Origin: Octopus sinensis
Lineage: Eukaryota
Reading direction: 5' to 3'
Assembly (NCBI RefSeq): GCF_006345805.1
Contig: NC_043012.1
Span: 58,590,001-58,654,000 of the forward strand
Length of the DNA: 64,000 bases
Positions 27,268-39,566 of this stretch are shown one piece after another. Every line of letters begins with the position of its first letter. The first letter of the stretch is position 1. The translations under genes were made by a program, and so were the position numbers. The notes under the pieces were generated by a model. It saw only the letters and a program-made list of their open reading frames with translations. It did not search any database and was not told where the DNA came from.

Positions 27268-27490
27268 GCTCCTTTACTTTGATTTGTTTCAGTCATATGA
27301 CTGCGGCCATGCTGGAGCAACGCCTTCAGTCGAGCAAATCGAACCCATGACTTCTTTTTTTTGTAAGCCTACTACTTATTATATAGGTCTCTTCTGCGCA
27401 ACAGCTAAGTTATGGGGACGTAAACACACCAGCATCGGCTCTCAAGCGATGTTGGGGAAGCAAAGGGACAAACACAGACACACAAACATA
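27268..27490 (-). mobile_element. SINE family A, 3' half ending at the internal microsatellite
   Basis: ttgtttcagtcatatgactgcggccatgctggagca...ggggacgtaaacacaccagcatcgg. Confidence 0.88.
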
Positions 27491-27493
27491 TAC

Positions 27494-27541
<48 letters not shown>

Positions 27542-27820
27542 TATATATATACACACAGACACAGAAACAAAGACACAGAATCAATAGTAACGGAAAAGAT
27601 GCCTCAGAGATAAATCTTTGCTTTTTTCCCTCTTTTTTCTTATTTTTCACACACACACACACACACATATACGCACACACACACACGCGCACACACACAC
27701 ACGCAAACACACATATATATATATACATATATATATATATGTATGTATATATATATATATGTATGTATATATATATATGTACATATACGTATAAACATAC
27801 ACACACACATACACAAACAG

Positions 27821-27857
<37 letters not shown>

Positions 27858-28156
27858 CTTCGGAACGCGGAGTAGATGAAAGAGAGACAACTGATGAAGG
27901 GAATGTTCACAAAAGTTCGTTTTCTGATTTTGTTTTAATCTTTTAGTCTCTCATTGCGTCCACGTTCTTTTCATGTCCTGTACCCATATATGGATGTATA
28001 TTTACATATATATATAGGAAGGTACATATATGTATGTATATATGCATATATTTATATATTATTTACATTATTATATGATCGAACGACACGCATTCTCTTC
28101 CAAGTAAGTTTTATATATATATACATATATATGTGTGTATGTGTGTGTATGTATGC

Positions 28157-28310
28157 TAGTCTTCTTTCAGTTTCTGCCTACCAAATCAAATCACAAGAGC
28201 TTGGTCGGCCCGAGATCATAATAGAATACACTTGTCCAACTTGCCGCGCAGTGAGACTGAACCTGCAACCATATGTTTGGGAAACAAACTCCTTACCACA
28301 CCGCCATACC
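28157..28310 (-). mobile_element. SINE family A, 5' half
   Basis: cttctttcagtttctgcctaccaaatc...ggtcggcccgag...gactgaacctgcaaccatatg...cttaccacac. Confidence 0.82.
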
Positions 28311-28364
28311 AGCACCTACATGTCAATGATTTTTGGTTTTTTTGTCTTTTCAGATGTCGTGTAT

Positions 28365-28508
28365 GTAAGGAGCTCGCTTGGCAACTATACTGCCTCGGGT
28401 TCAGTCCCGCAGCGTAGCACCTTGGATAAGGACAGAACAATACCTCGTTAATGAATTTGCTCCAGGAAAACTGTCTCGAAACTTACCGCTCTTATATGCA
28501 TACATAAT

Positions 28509-28539
<31 letters not shown>

Positions 28540-28548
28540 CACACACAT

Positions 28549-28580
<32 letters not shown>

Positions 28581-28760
28581 GACAATTTGTGTATCTTTCT
28601 TTTTGTCTGTTTGTCCTCTGTTTGTTTGCGTATCCGTAACCTGGTTGTTCGGCAAGAGAGATTGATAAATGTACTGGGGTTGATCTGTTTAATTATACCA
28701 CCCCTAAAGTGGTGCCCCAGCATGGCCGCGCTCCAATGACTGAAATATATAAAAGATAAA
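28365..28760 (+). mobile_element. SINE family A, diverged and interrupted by a CA/TA tract
   Basis: gggttcagtcccgcagcgtagcaccttgg head; ccgtaacctggttgttcggcaag...gtgccccagcatggccgc 3' half. Confidence 0.7.
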
Positions 28761-29039
28761 AGGTGTCCCCTTCCTTTATTCATTTCTCTTTGAATCGCCC
28801 TCTCTCTCTCTCTCTCTGTCTTTCTCTCGATCTCACTTTGTGTCTATCTATGTTCCTTCTTTTCTCTTTCTTATCCGTCTTTTCTCTCTTCAACTGTCTT
28901 CAGCTGTGCGCGTATGCGTGGGTGTGTTGTGTGTTTGTGCGCGCGTGTGTGTGTGTGTTGCGTGTGTTTGCGTGCTGCGTTTGTGTGTGGAGGTGTATGA
29001 GTGTGTGTGTGTGTGTGGTGTGTATGCGTTTATCATTTA

Positions 29040-29200
29040 TCTTTTCTTTTTCTTGTTTCAGACTGCGGCCATGGTGGGGTTTTGCTTTGCCTGACGCATG
29101 TTCTATCATGCTTTTAGCTGAACTGCTAATTCATGTGGGCTTAAACACACCAACACCGGTTGTCAAGCAATAGTACGAGATAAGCACAGACACAAAGACG

Positions 29201-29248
<48 letters not shown>

Positions 29249-29420
29249 AAATATATATATAAATACGGCGGGCTTCTTTCGCTTTCCGTCTATCAAACCC
29301 ACTCACAAGGCGTTGGTCGGCCCGAAGCTATAGTAGAAGACACTTGTCGAAGGTGGAACGCAGTGGGACTGAACCCGGAACCATGTGGTTGGGAAGCAAG
29401 CTTCTAACCACACAGCAACG
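29040..29420 (-). mobile_element. SINE family A, near full length
   Basis: Both halves present with an internal (CA)n/(TA)n tract at about 29185-29265. Confidence 0.88.
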
Positions 29421-30323
29421 CCCTGCTCACGCTCGCCCATATGCACAGAAATACACCAGCACCTGTGTGTACACAATTATAAACAACTAAGACAGGGGCA
29501 AAGGAAACCACTGTTATAAACCCACATCAAATACAGACCACAAACACGCAAACACACACGCCCCCTCCCCCAACACACACATATACGCACACACGAACGC
29601 ACGTATGCCCTTACGTTCTTACGTACTTACGTACTTACGCACTTACGCATGCATGCACACTCCTCCGAGTGGTAATAGGCGCTTTATTAGAGAAGAGCGT
29701 ATAAGCATACATAACAGAGTTTATATATTGACTCCATATGAAAAATCTCAACTCTAGAATGATGAAAAAATAATGAAGATTTGTTTTGCTATCACAGCAG
29801 GTGCCAACTTCTCTCCATTCACCCGCAGCTTCCTACACGTACTTAGGGGGTCTATTTTACGGCTCTTCACTTCGTCGAAAGAATTTGGCAAACACATATA
29901 TGTAGGTATGATGTCTTTGTCTACGCCTGGTTTTCTTCATGTTTTCTGTCTTCTTCTTTCTCTCTCTCTCTCTCCTCTCTCTTTCTTTTTTCTATTTCTC
30001 TCTAACTCTATCTTTATATCACTTACAACGTTGCAATTCTATCAACATCTTTAGAAAAAGTTAAGGTTTCTGTAACTGAGAGTCGCTTTCATTTTATACT
30101 CTGTTATCGTACAGAAATTTCTTATTGTTAAAACTACTAATATTTCTGATAACAAACGTTACAAGCGTACTTAAATATCTTAAACGTATATCTGAGACGA
30201 TATTCTTCGTTAATTACAATAGAGACAGAAGGAGGGAAAAAAATAGAGAAACGAAAAAGAAGGAGGGAGAGAGAAAACAAGATAGACAGAAACACAGAGA
30301 TATACAAAGGCAGAGGGAGAGAA

Positions 30324-30354
<31 letters not shown>

Positions 30355-30559
30355 GAGACAGACAGAGAGAGAGAGAGTGTAAGACAGACGGAAAGTCAAC
30401 ACATTCCACATTAATCTACAGACGGGTTAATATTCATTGTTTAGCTTATGTATTTCTTTTGAGAAATTCGTTTTATCTATTCACATATTTTCTTCGGTGC
30501 TTCAGATAATAATGTGAAGTGTATGTTTGTGTACAAGTCTTTCAAAAGGTGCATTTAGG

Positions 30560-30806
30560 CCGAGATATACACAGTTCTATCTATGCCTATATGTGTATAT
30601 AGAAGTATATGTAATATACATTATATATATAAGTATATATATACATATATATAAGTATATAATACATATATATATAAGTATATTATACATATATATATAA
30701 GTAATATATATATATATATATATAAGTATATATATACATATATATATACGTATATATATCATATATATATAAGTATATATATATATATATAATATATATA
30801 TATAAG

Positions 30807-30837
<31 letters not shown>

Positions 30838-30975
30838 TTTAGTATATATCTACATATATATATATATTATAAGTATATATATATACATATTATATAAATA
30901 TATATATAATATATATATAAGTATTATACATAATATATAAGTATATATATATACTTATATATATATATATAACAT

Positions 30976-31009
<34 letters not shown>

Positions 31010-31030
31010 ATATATATATACATATATATT
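30560..31030. repeat. (TA)n array punctuated by AAGTA units
   Basis: Recurrent tatataagtatata motif (more than 10 copies). Confidence 0.9.
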
Positions 31031-32054
31031 TACATTAATGACATTAATGACATCATCAATCACAGCAACATAAAAAAAATCTTTGCAGATGACTCCAAGC
31101 TACAGAAGGTCATAAATGAGGCGAGTGACCGGACATGCCTTCAGTCAGATCTACTGGCTGTTATCCAATGGGCAAAAAAAACAATATGCTGCTGAACGAG
31201 GATAATTTGAGCTAATCCACTTTGGAAAAGAGGATGCCCTGAAACTCCCATACCCCTTCCTTCAGGTGAACTCTCACGGCGTCCAACAACATCAGAGACT
31301 TGGGAGTAATTGTGGACAACAACGTAAGCTGGGCCACTCATATAAACACCAAAGTTGACATGGCCCGCAGAATGTGTTCCTGGATTCTCAGAACTTTCCA
31401 GTCGAGAGATATCCACACCATTATCCTTCTCTTCTCCACTTTTGCCCGACCCCACCTTGAATACTGTTGTCCACTGTGGTCTCCCCACACAATACAAGGT
31501 ATCATAAAAGTCGAAGCACCTCAAAGGGCAATCACAAAAAAGATAGATGGCATGACAGGCCTCGACTATTGGGGTCGACTAGAAAAGCTAAAATTCTATT
31601 CTCTCCAACGTCGTCGTGAGCGCTACATCATCTGCATGATGTGGAAAATATTCCATCAGCATTGCCCAAATGATGTTGGCATCACCTTTAAGGTACATCC
31701 AAGGCTTGGGCCCCGTGCCATCCGCCCAAAACAAAAATCGCACTCTCATCTCATAACAACAATACGGCACAATTATTTCACCTCAATTGGCCCGCTCTCT
31801 TTAACCTTACACCAAAACGCATTAAAACAGAAACTGACCCTATAGGGTTCAAGAAGTCTTTGGACAGATTCCTTCAAGAAATCCCGGATAAACCCCTACA
31901 CCCGGATATGTCTCTGTAAACAATAACTCTCTACTTGAGTGGGCCATAGTGCCCAAATTCTGACTTGAAAGACTTCACCAGGTGGTGCTATTAAGTTAGA
32001 CATGGCCTGGGCCAATAATGGCCGAAACCTATCAAAGTATCAAAGTATCAAAGT
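31030..32054 (+). pseudogene. 5'-truncated CR1-like LINE: RT C-terminus, 3'UTR and (ATCAAAGT)3 tail
   Basis: INDIINHSNIK(I)FADDSKLQK...LQSDLLAVIQWAKKNNMLLNED...RDLGVIVDNNVSWATHINTKVDMARRMCSWILRTFQSRD...FARPHLEYCCPLWSP...LDYWGRLEKLKFYSLQRRRERYII. Stop at 31961-31963, GGCC-AATAAT-GGCC hairpin at 32010-32023, octamer repeats at 32031-32054. Confidence 0.92.
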
Positions 32055-32068
32055 AAGTATATATTATA

Positions 32069-32121
<53 letters not shown>

Positions 32122-32385
32122 TATACATATACATAATATATATATTATATATATATACATGCGTGGATGTGTGGATGTGCTTGTATATCTACGCATAACT
32201 ATACTGACTTCCCTCTGCATGTATACACACACATACACATACACACACTTATGCATATATATGTATACACACATAATACGTGTATATATATATATATATG
32301 TATGTATATATTCATTTATAGATACATGCATATATACATATATAATGTATGTATGTATGTATGTGTTTGTGTATGTGTGTGTGTA

Positions 32386-32418
<33 letters not shown>

Positions 32419-32833
32419 GCGTGTGTGTGTGTATGTGTGTGTGTATGTGTGCGTGTGTGTGTGTGTATGTGTCTGCGAAGGCAATACTTACTAAATTAAC
32501 TTATTTATTTCGCTTGTTCTTTTTCCACTTGCTGATTTTCTATGTCTGGAGCAAGCGAACTATGATTTGCACAGACAAAGAAACTTCACTTAATTATTTT
32601 TTTTCTGTAATAAAATATAATGATGTTCTATGTTAAGTATTCTTAAGTGTATTCCAAGTGTATACTATTCTTAGATGCATGTAGGAAGAGAGGAAATACA
32701 TGTATAGTTACATAGATAGGTAGGTAGTTAGGTAGCTAGATAGATAAATTGATAGATAGAGATGCAGATATATATTATATATGTATATATATACATACAT
32801 ATATATATGCACTTATATATATATATACATACG

Positions 32834-32884
<51 letters not shown>

Positions 32885-32885
32885 G

Positions 32886-32917
<32 letters not shown>

Positions 32918-32948
32918 TATATATATATATATATATAATATATATATA

Positions 32949-32980
<32 letters not shown>

Positions 32981-33239
32981 TTGTATATATGTATATATGT
33001 ATAGATAGATAGATAGATAGATATAAATTCTGAAGTTCGAAGTATTTGATTAAAGAAGCAGTAATGAATGTGAAACAAAGCTTAACTTTAGAGATTTTTG
33101 TTTTGTTCTTATTATTTTAATTATTGTATTTGAAACCAATATATTTTAATTATACTTAAGAAATTCTTATTTCGGGTTATATTTGAATAGGTGCCTTCTT
33201 ACAAACTCTTAAAACGTATGCGAAAAACTACTTGTAGTT

Positions 33240-33390
33240 GCCCATCCTCGCATTGCATACCACTACGCTACTTACCACCACTACCGCCACTACAACCACC
33301 GCCACCGCCACCACCACTACTAGCAGTGCAACAACTAGCCCATCACCATCACCACCACCAACACCACCACCACTAATACCACCACTACTA
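33240..33390 (+). repeat. (ACC)n/(ACT)n degenerate trinucleotide repeat
   Basis: Read directly; explains the poly-P/H/T ORFs. Confidence 0.9.
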
Positions 33391-34512
33391 TCACTTCATA
33401 TCGAATCACGTACAATATTATTTATTTTATGTCTTTCTTACGTAATCTCTCTCCGTAATTCATCTAAGACTTTGTTCAAATCACTCTTACACTTGGCCAA
33501 CCTTTCGTTCCTAATTCCCATCATAATACATCTAAACACGGCTCTGTTGTACTCATTTAGTAATTCTTTTCAATACGCCCCATTGAACATCATCCAGCAC
33601 GTCTCACCAGCCATTCATGATAAGATTCACTTGAAAGAAAACTTTCGTAGAATATCCCAGATTTTCACTCTCACGTCCTCTCTGCTACATCTTACTGTAT
33701 CTCTTTGTCTCTCTCACTCTCCTTTCTACTAATCATCTGATTTTCTTCCTCTCTCTTCAACCTTTTTCTTTCTCGCTTTCTTCTCTTCATATCTGTTTCT
33801 CTCTCATTGCCTGTCTCTCTCTCTTAGTCTCGTTTTCTTTCCTTTTTTCTATTTTTTTCTTTTCTTTAGTGAGAGCAATTTTACATCTGGTCTTCAATCT
33901 TCATTCAGATCAAACACACAGTTCTCTAGTTAGAAAGGGCTGTTATTTAGGCTATTGATAGTAATCTTAGTTGGTGGTCGTTATATTGAAGTGGAAATAT
34001 ATAAACGCGAAATAAAGCACCTCCTTCGCTTCACTCACCAAGACATTCCACAAACATTATCTCCTAGCAGCTACGTTTTTACGGTGAACGAGGCTGGTTG
34101 CATACGCACTACCAAATTACAATAGTGCCCGATGAGATCCTATTAGGTCAACGCCAATAAATTCACTGTGAATATCAAAAGGAAATCTCAGCATGATATC
34201 AAATTGCAGAAATCGCAATCGACACGAAATCTCGCGAGAACAGACATGTGGTCGGTTTACTTGAAGGAAACACTGACCAAATTTCCCACGTATTTAATTA
34301 AGATTACTGTCTTACAAAGAAGGCGGATATATTAGTGAGTGTATTCCAGGAGGATATTTTGGCAGAAAAACAGGTGAGATGGTTAGAGCAAGTATGTTTC
34401 TTAGTCGTACAACACCTTTTGTTTTATTCAATATGATATTTGTACACATGTTTCACGTGCACTCTTCCCGCGTGCGTTGCATGGATCTACTTATACACAC
34501 ACATACATGCAT

Positions 34513-34911
34513 TGGCACCTTGGGCAAGTGTCTTCTACTGTAGCCTCGAGTTGATTGAAGCCTTGTAAACCGAATTGGTAGACGGAAAATGAAAGTAGCC
34601 TGTCATGTGTCAGTGTGTGTTTGTGTGTGTGTCTGTGTGCGCGTGCGTGTGTCTGTGTGTTTGTGTGCGTGCTTGTGTGCGTGTCTCTGAGTCTGTGTGT
34701 GTGTCTCACAGTCCGTGTTTGTAGCCCACCACAGCATAGTAACCGGTACTGGTGTATTTACCTCCCCGTAACCTAGCAGTTTGGTGACAGGCACCAATAG
34801 AATAAGCACCAGGGTTGTAAAAAATTACTACTGAGGTTGATTCGCTCGACTAAAATTGTTCAAAGCGAAGCTTCAGCATGACCACAGTTTAATAACTGAA
34901 AAGGTAAAAGG
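34513..34911 (+). mobile_element. SINE family A, head-truncated, diverged
   Basis: gcaccttgggcaagtgtcttctactgtagcc...(TG)n...ccccgtaacctagcagtttgg...cagcatgaccacag. Confidence 0.82.
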
Positions 34912-35048
34912 TATACAGTAGCGAGCAAAAAAAGATACCGATTAGTATTTTTTAAATGTCGGAAAAGCCAGCGAACGAACAAATTCGATATTGGTTTCGT
35001 AAACATGGTTAATCATTATCTAAATTCTCTGAAAAATCACATTTTATA

Positions 35049-36647
35049 CAATGGTCTAGATAAAAGCTTATAGCACTAACACTAATTTTGTCCAAATGTC
35101 TCATGTGCAAAATAAGAGAACGAGTAGATTCCTTCAACGATTTCTGGAAATTTTAAATGTTGTTTAAATTTTAAATGTAGGTTCAATGTTGCTACCGTCT
35201 CAGTGTTGTGATATCTTCTGAACATTGCACACCGTGCTAAATTGCTCCTGACCTTGGAAAAGATGTTGTGAGAATGAAAGATTCAGGAATGATTCTCTCC
35301 TCTATTTCACGAGACGTAAGGAGATCTGAGAGTGTGGTTTCACGTGTTCTTAAGCTCTATGAAGAAACTAAAGCTTTTGAACTGAAAAAAAGGCAACGGG
35401 TAGACCACGCAAAAACATCATACAAAATGATCGAGTCATGAAACGGTATTTATTGAAGGATTCTTTCGATACTGCGGCTGGAATTTCTAAGAAAATATAA
35501 GTAAATAATGGTACGGAAGTGAGCCACTTTACAGTGTCTCATCGTCTGAAGGAATTTGAATTAAAGAACTTGTTCCCTGGCAACGAAACCTACCATCAGT
35601 AAGAAGAACAAATTGGAAAGACTTTCGTTTACAGATGCTCATGTGAACTGGAGGGATAAAAATTGGGTAAAACTGAATTTTAGCGATGAAAGTAAATTCA
35701 ATTTAGAAGGTTCAGATGGAAGATAGTATGTTAGGTGCTTCACAGGAGAAGTGCTGAAATCTGAAGAAATCTCACAAGTTTGGAGGAGGAAGCGTCATGG
35801 TGTGGGGAAGGATTTTTTCTGAAGGGGTTGGCCCTCTAGTGTAGATTAAATGTACTATTACTACTAATATCTATTTGAATTTGGTTAAGCATGTGATCCC
35901 ATCATTACGAGGATTTCCGAATCAACCGTGCATTTTCATGCAAGTTAACGCTCCTTGTCATACTGCAAAGCGTGTCGCAGGATTATTTAGTGAACAAAAT
36001 ATCTGAGTAATGAAGTGGCCAGCACATAGTCCAGACTTAAATCCAATTGAAAACCTTTGGAAGATACATGGAAACAAAGTAACATAAAGGGCATAACTAC
36101 TACGATGAATTTATGAGAGATATTAGAAAAGGGATGAAAGACAGTAATACCTGACTTGTGCAGGAAACTTATGTTCTGTGGCAATCGATGTGCAGAGATG
36201 ATCTCCAACAAACATCTACAAACAGTATAAAAAAATAATAAATGCGCTCTTTTAAAGCCTAGCCAGGCTCATGGGCCCGGTTTCCCGGTTTCTATGGCGT
36301 ATGTGTTCCCCAGCTGAACGGGACGCCCGCCCATTGCAGCGTTACTCATTTTTGCCAGCTGAGTAGAGTGAAGCAACGTGAAATGAAGTGTTTTGCTCAA
36401 GAACACAACGCGTCTCCCGGTCCAGATACCGAAACCACAATCTTACGATCATAATGCTGACACCCTAACCACTAAGCCACGCGCATCCACACAAACATCA
36501 TACTAACTCTATTAAGTTCATATTTACATTTCTTTCAATCATTTTGAGTTAATTAAAGCATTTTTTGGTTTGATCGTTCACTCATTTTGCACGTGAGACA
36601 ATTCGACGAAAGTAGCGTTAGTGTTATTAACTTTATTAAGACTATTG
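35049..36647 (+). mobile_element. Full-length defective Tc1-family (DD34E) DNA transposon
   Basis: ~75-bp imperfect TIRs at 35049-35123 and 36574-36647, flanked by TA at 35047-48 and 36648-49. Transposase motifs FSDESKFNL (D at 35685), GGGSVMVWG, QVNAPCH (second D mutated to V at 35944) and WPAHSPDLNPIENLW (E at 36049; 34 residues between). Multiple stops. Confidence 0.93.
36225..36490 (-). mobile_element. SINE family D nested in the Tc1 element
   Basis: Well-conserved copy lying between the transposase end and the right TIR. Probable TSD acaaaca at 36218-36224 and 36491-36497. Confidence 0.92.
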
Positions 36648-36695
36648 TACAAATTTAGGTTTTTCAGAGAATTTAGCCAATGGTTAACTGTATTT

Positions 36696-37000
36696 GTGGA
36701 GGCACAATGGCCCATAGTTTAGGTGCAGCGGACTCGCGGTCGGAGGATCGCGGTTTCGATTCCCAGAGCGGGCGTTGTGTGTGTTTATTGAGCGAAAACA
36801 CCTAAAATCTCCGCGAGGCTCCGGCAGGGGGTGGTGGCGACCCCTGTTGTACTCTTTCACCACAACTTTCTCTCACTCTCTCCTCCTATTTCTTGAGTAA
36901 CGCTGCGATGGACTGGCGTCCCTTCCAGCTGGGGGACAACACATACGCCACAGAAACCGGGAAACCGTGTCCATTAGCCTGGCTAGGCTTGAAAAGGGCG
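36696..37000 (+). mobile_element. SINE C3 (family C head and body with family D tail)
   Basis: C head and body up to ctctctcctcctatttc, then ttgagtaacgctgcgatggactggcgtcccttccagctggggga...gaaaccgggaaacc...gcctggctaggcttgaaaagggcg, which is the family D tail. Confidence 0.92.
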
Positions 37001-37116
37001 AGGTTTTTTCGTTAACTGTATTTACTAAACAAACTGCGAATTTGTACGTTTACTAGCTTTTCCGAAATTTGAAAACAAACATTAATTGTTCTCTTTTGTT
37101 TTTGCTGGCTACTGTA

Positions 37117-38108
37117 TACACGTTGTCTGATCAATACGTATCCGGACTGTTGCCATAGTAACGAAACTAAAGCATGCAGAGTGAAGCCACTTCGCACAAA
37201 TTAACTGTGATCTCTGTTGTGCTAACGCGCTAACTTTTACCGTTTTAGCTCACTGCCACTGTTTAAAGCAGTGGAAGAAACGAGTGTAGCGTGTGATCGT
37301 CGCATTGCCCATGATAGAGAATGCTAAAGAGAGAATCTGCTTCAAATTTTGCCAAAAGCTTAGCGATAACTGTTCAGAGACCAACGCAATGTTTTCAAAA
37401 AGTTTTCATCGTCCTCAACACAATCAAGGAGATCTCGTGCAACTAAAACCCGAGTGTCATTTTGGTCAGCTGAAAGTAGTTTTGGCCCAAACTTGGCAGA
37501 CGCGTGTCTCATACCTGAATCTTCACTAATAATGGACAGAACTGAACCGCAACTAATCTGAATATTCTCTGATAACTCACGGATGATGATTCGACGATTT
37601 ACCCTCACAGCTGCACGCACATCTACGTTTTGAGTTCAAATTCCGCCGAGGTTGAATTTGCCTTTCATCCTTTCGAAATCGAAAAATTAAGTACCAGTTG
37701 CGTACTGGGGTCGAACTAATCGACGAGCCTCCTCTCCCAACACTTCGGGCCTTGTTCCTACAACAGAAAAGAATATTGAATATTTTTCGGCCATCTTGGA
37801 AACGTCTGAAACATTTGTACATTTTCGTGCGGCTCATACACTCCCTCCAGATAGTTTGTGTAACTTTAAGTAGGCCTCTGAGCAGGTATTGTCTTGACAA
37901 CTTTCTCTGTCATGATCAACACGACGATCACACGCTACACACCTTCCTTCCAAGCTCTGCTGCAAACAGCAGAAGTGAGCTAGAGCGTTAAAACTTAGGG
38001 CCTTAAAACTTAATGTGCATGACCAATCTTTGCTAAGCGGCTTCACTCTGCGTGCTTTAGTTTCGTTTCTATGGCAACAGTCCGGGTACTTATTGACCAG
38101 ACCTTCTA
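37117..38108. mobile_element. Non-autonomous mariner derivative with two inverted 5' ends
   Basis: Both termini read (g)tctg[a/g]tcaata[c/a]gta[t/c]ccggactgttgccatag.aacgaaactaaagca.gcagagtgaagcc. Plus strand: MIENAKERICFKFCQKLSDNCSET. Minus strand: MSRTKMYKCFRRFQDGR...RIIIRELSENIQISCGSVLSIISEDSGMRHASAKFGPKLLSADQ...DENFLKT (mariner HTH region). Confidence 0.88.
37624..37775 (+). mobile_element. 5'-truncated SINE family B (B2) nested in the mariner derivative
   Basis: tacgttttgagttcaaattccgccgagg...aattaagtaccagttgcgtactggggtcg...cgggccttgttcctacaacagaaaag interrupts the minus-strand transposase. Confidence 0.88.
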
Positions 38109-39103
38109 TACACACACACACACACACACAGACACACACACATATCCACACACACACCTATATGTGTGCGAGTTTGTAAGTGGGTTTGTGAGTTCCTGTG
38201 TGTGTGAGTTTATAAGCACACAGGCACAGTCACACTCACACACCACACACACACCTACACCCGTGCAGTGACACACTGCATTGTTACACGACTTCAAACG
38301 AATGGAATGGAGGTTGATTGATGGAGGTGCTGCATATAGCCTAAGCTCTTGTTTTCCTGTGGGTGTGGGGTGCATAATTCGAGACAGAAACTCTGGCTTC
38401 TGAAGGAATTATAAATTGGAAAAACCCTGAAAACAATTGTCTTATACCAAATGACTCTGTAGGTGCTACTTTCACATTTTTATGCAATTTGTTGTTAGAA
38501 CAATAGTCTACTCGTTGAAGACAGGGATGGAGTCGACCATCAATAACAATAACAATACAAAGCAAGTTTCTACGATGTTGTTCGACCGGCAACAAATGGC
38601 AGTTAAATCTTTCTCGAACGAAGCCCTATCTTTTGGGGAAAAAGTAAAAAAATGGAATGCAATTTTCATTAGATTTTGTGGTCGTACTTCACAACAAAAA
38701 CAGAAAGATTAAGGAAAGGCTTATTTTGATCAAAAATGAGTTCCATCAGGGATGACGCCTGTGAAACCATTAACAAGAAGAACAACAACCTGCCGATTTT
38801 TTTAGGATTACCTGTGAAAAGAGGGAAGGTATGAAGAACCGAGAGAATTTGTACTCAACAAACACGAACATGGGTAGACGAATACGAATAGTGACGTCAT
38901 TCGTTAGGATTAAAGGAAAATCACACTCAATGCCAAAACTTGCCACCTTATAAAGAGAGACAAAGCGAAGCAATAAAAAAATGTGTCCCATATAGTCCCC
39001 TAAAAAACGAAGTGGTCAAGACTGGAAGGCTTATTAAAGGATGACTGGCAAAGTCGACCCTGGAGAAATTTGAACACAAAAAATAAAGATGGACGAAATA
39101 TGA

Positions 39104-39566
39104 CTTTCTACTTTAGGCAGAAGGCCCGAAATATTTGGGGGAGGGGACCAGCCGATTAGATCGATCCAGTGCGTATCTGGTACTTAATTTATCGACCCCG
39201 AAAGGATGAAAGGCAAAGTCAACCTCAGCGGAATTTGAACTCAGAACGTAGCGGCAGACGAAATACCTATTTCTTTACTACCCAAAAAGAGCTAAACACA
39301 GAGAGGACAAACAAGGACAGACAAACGTATTAAGTCGATTATATCGAGCCCAGTGTGTAACTGGTACTTATTTAATCGACCCCAAAAGAATGAAAAGCGA
39401 AGTCGACCTCTGCGGAATTTGAACTCAGAACGTAACGGCAGACGAAATACTGCTAAGCATTTCACCATGCGTGCTAAGGTTTCTGCCAGCTCGCCGCCTT
39501 ATGATGGACGAAATACCGTTAAGCGTCTTGCCCGGTGTGCTAACGATTCTGCCAGCGCCCCGCCTT
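39104..39566 (-). mobile_element. SINE family B head-to-tail dimer (B1 unit plus head-less B2 unit) and an extra head fragment
   Basis: Junction gacgaaatac|ctatttctttact at about 39266 is the same as at about 12931. Additional head fragment at 39502-39566. Confidence 0.9.
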
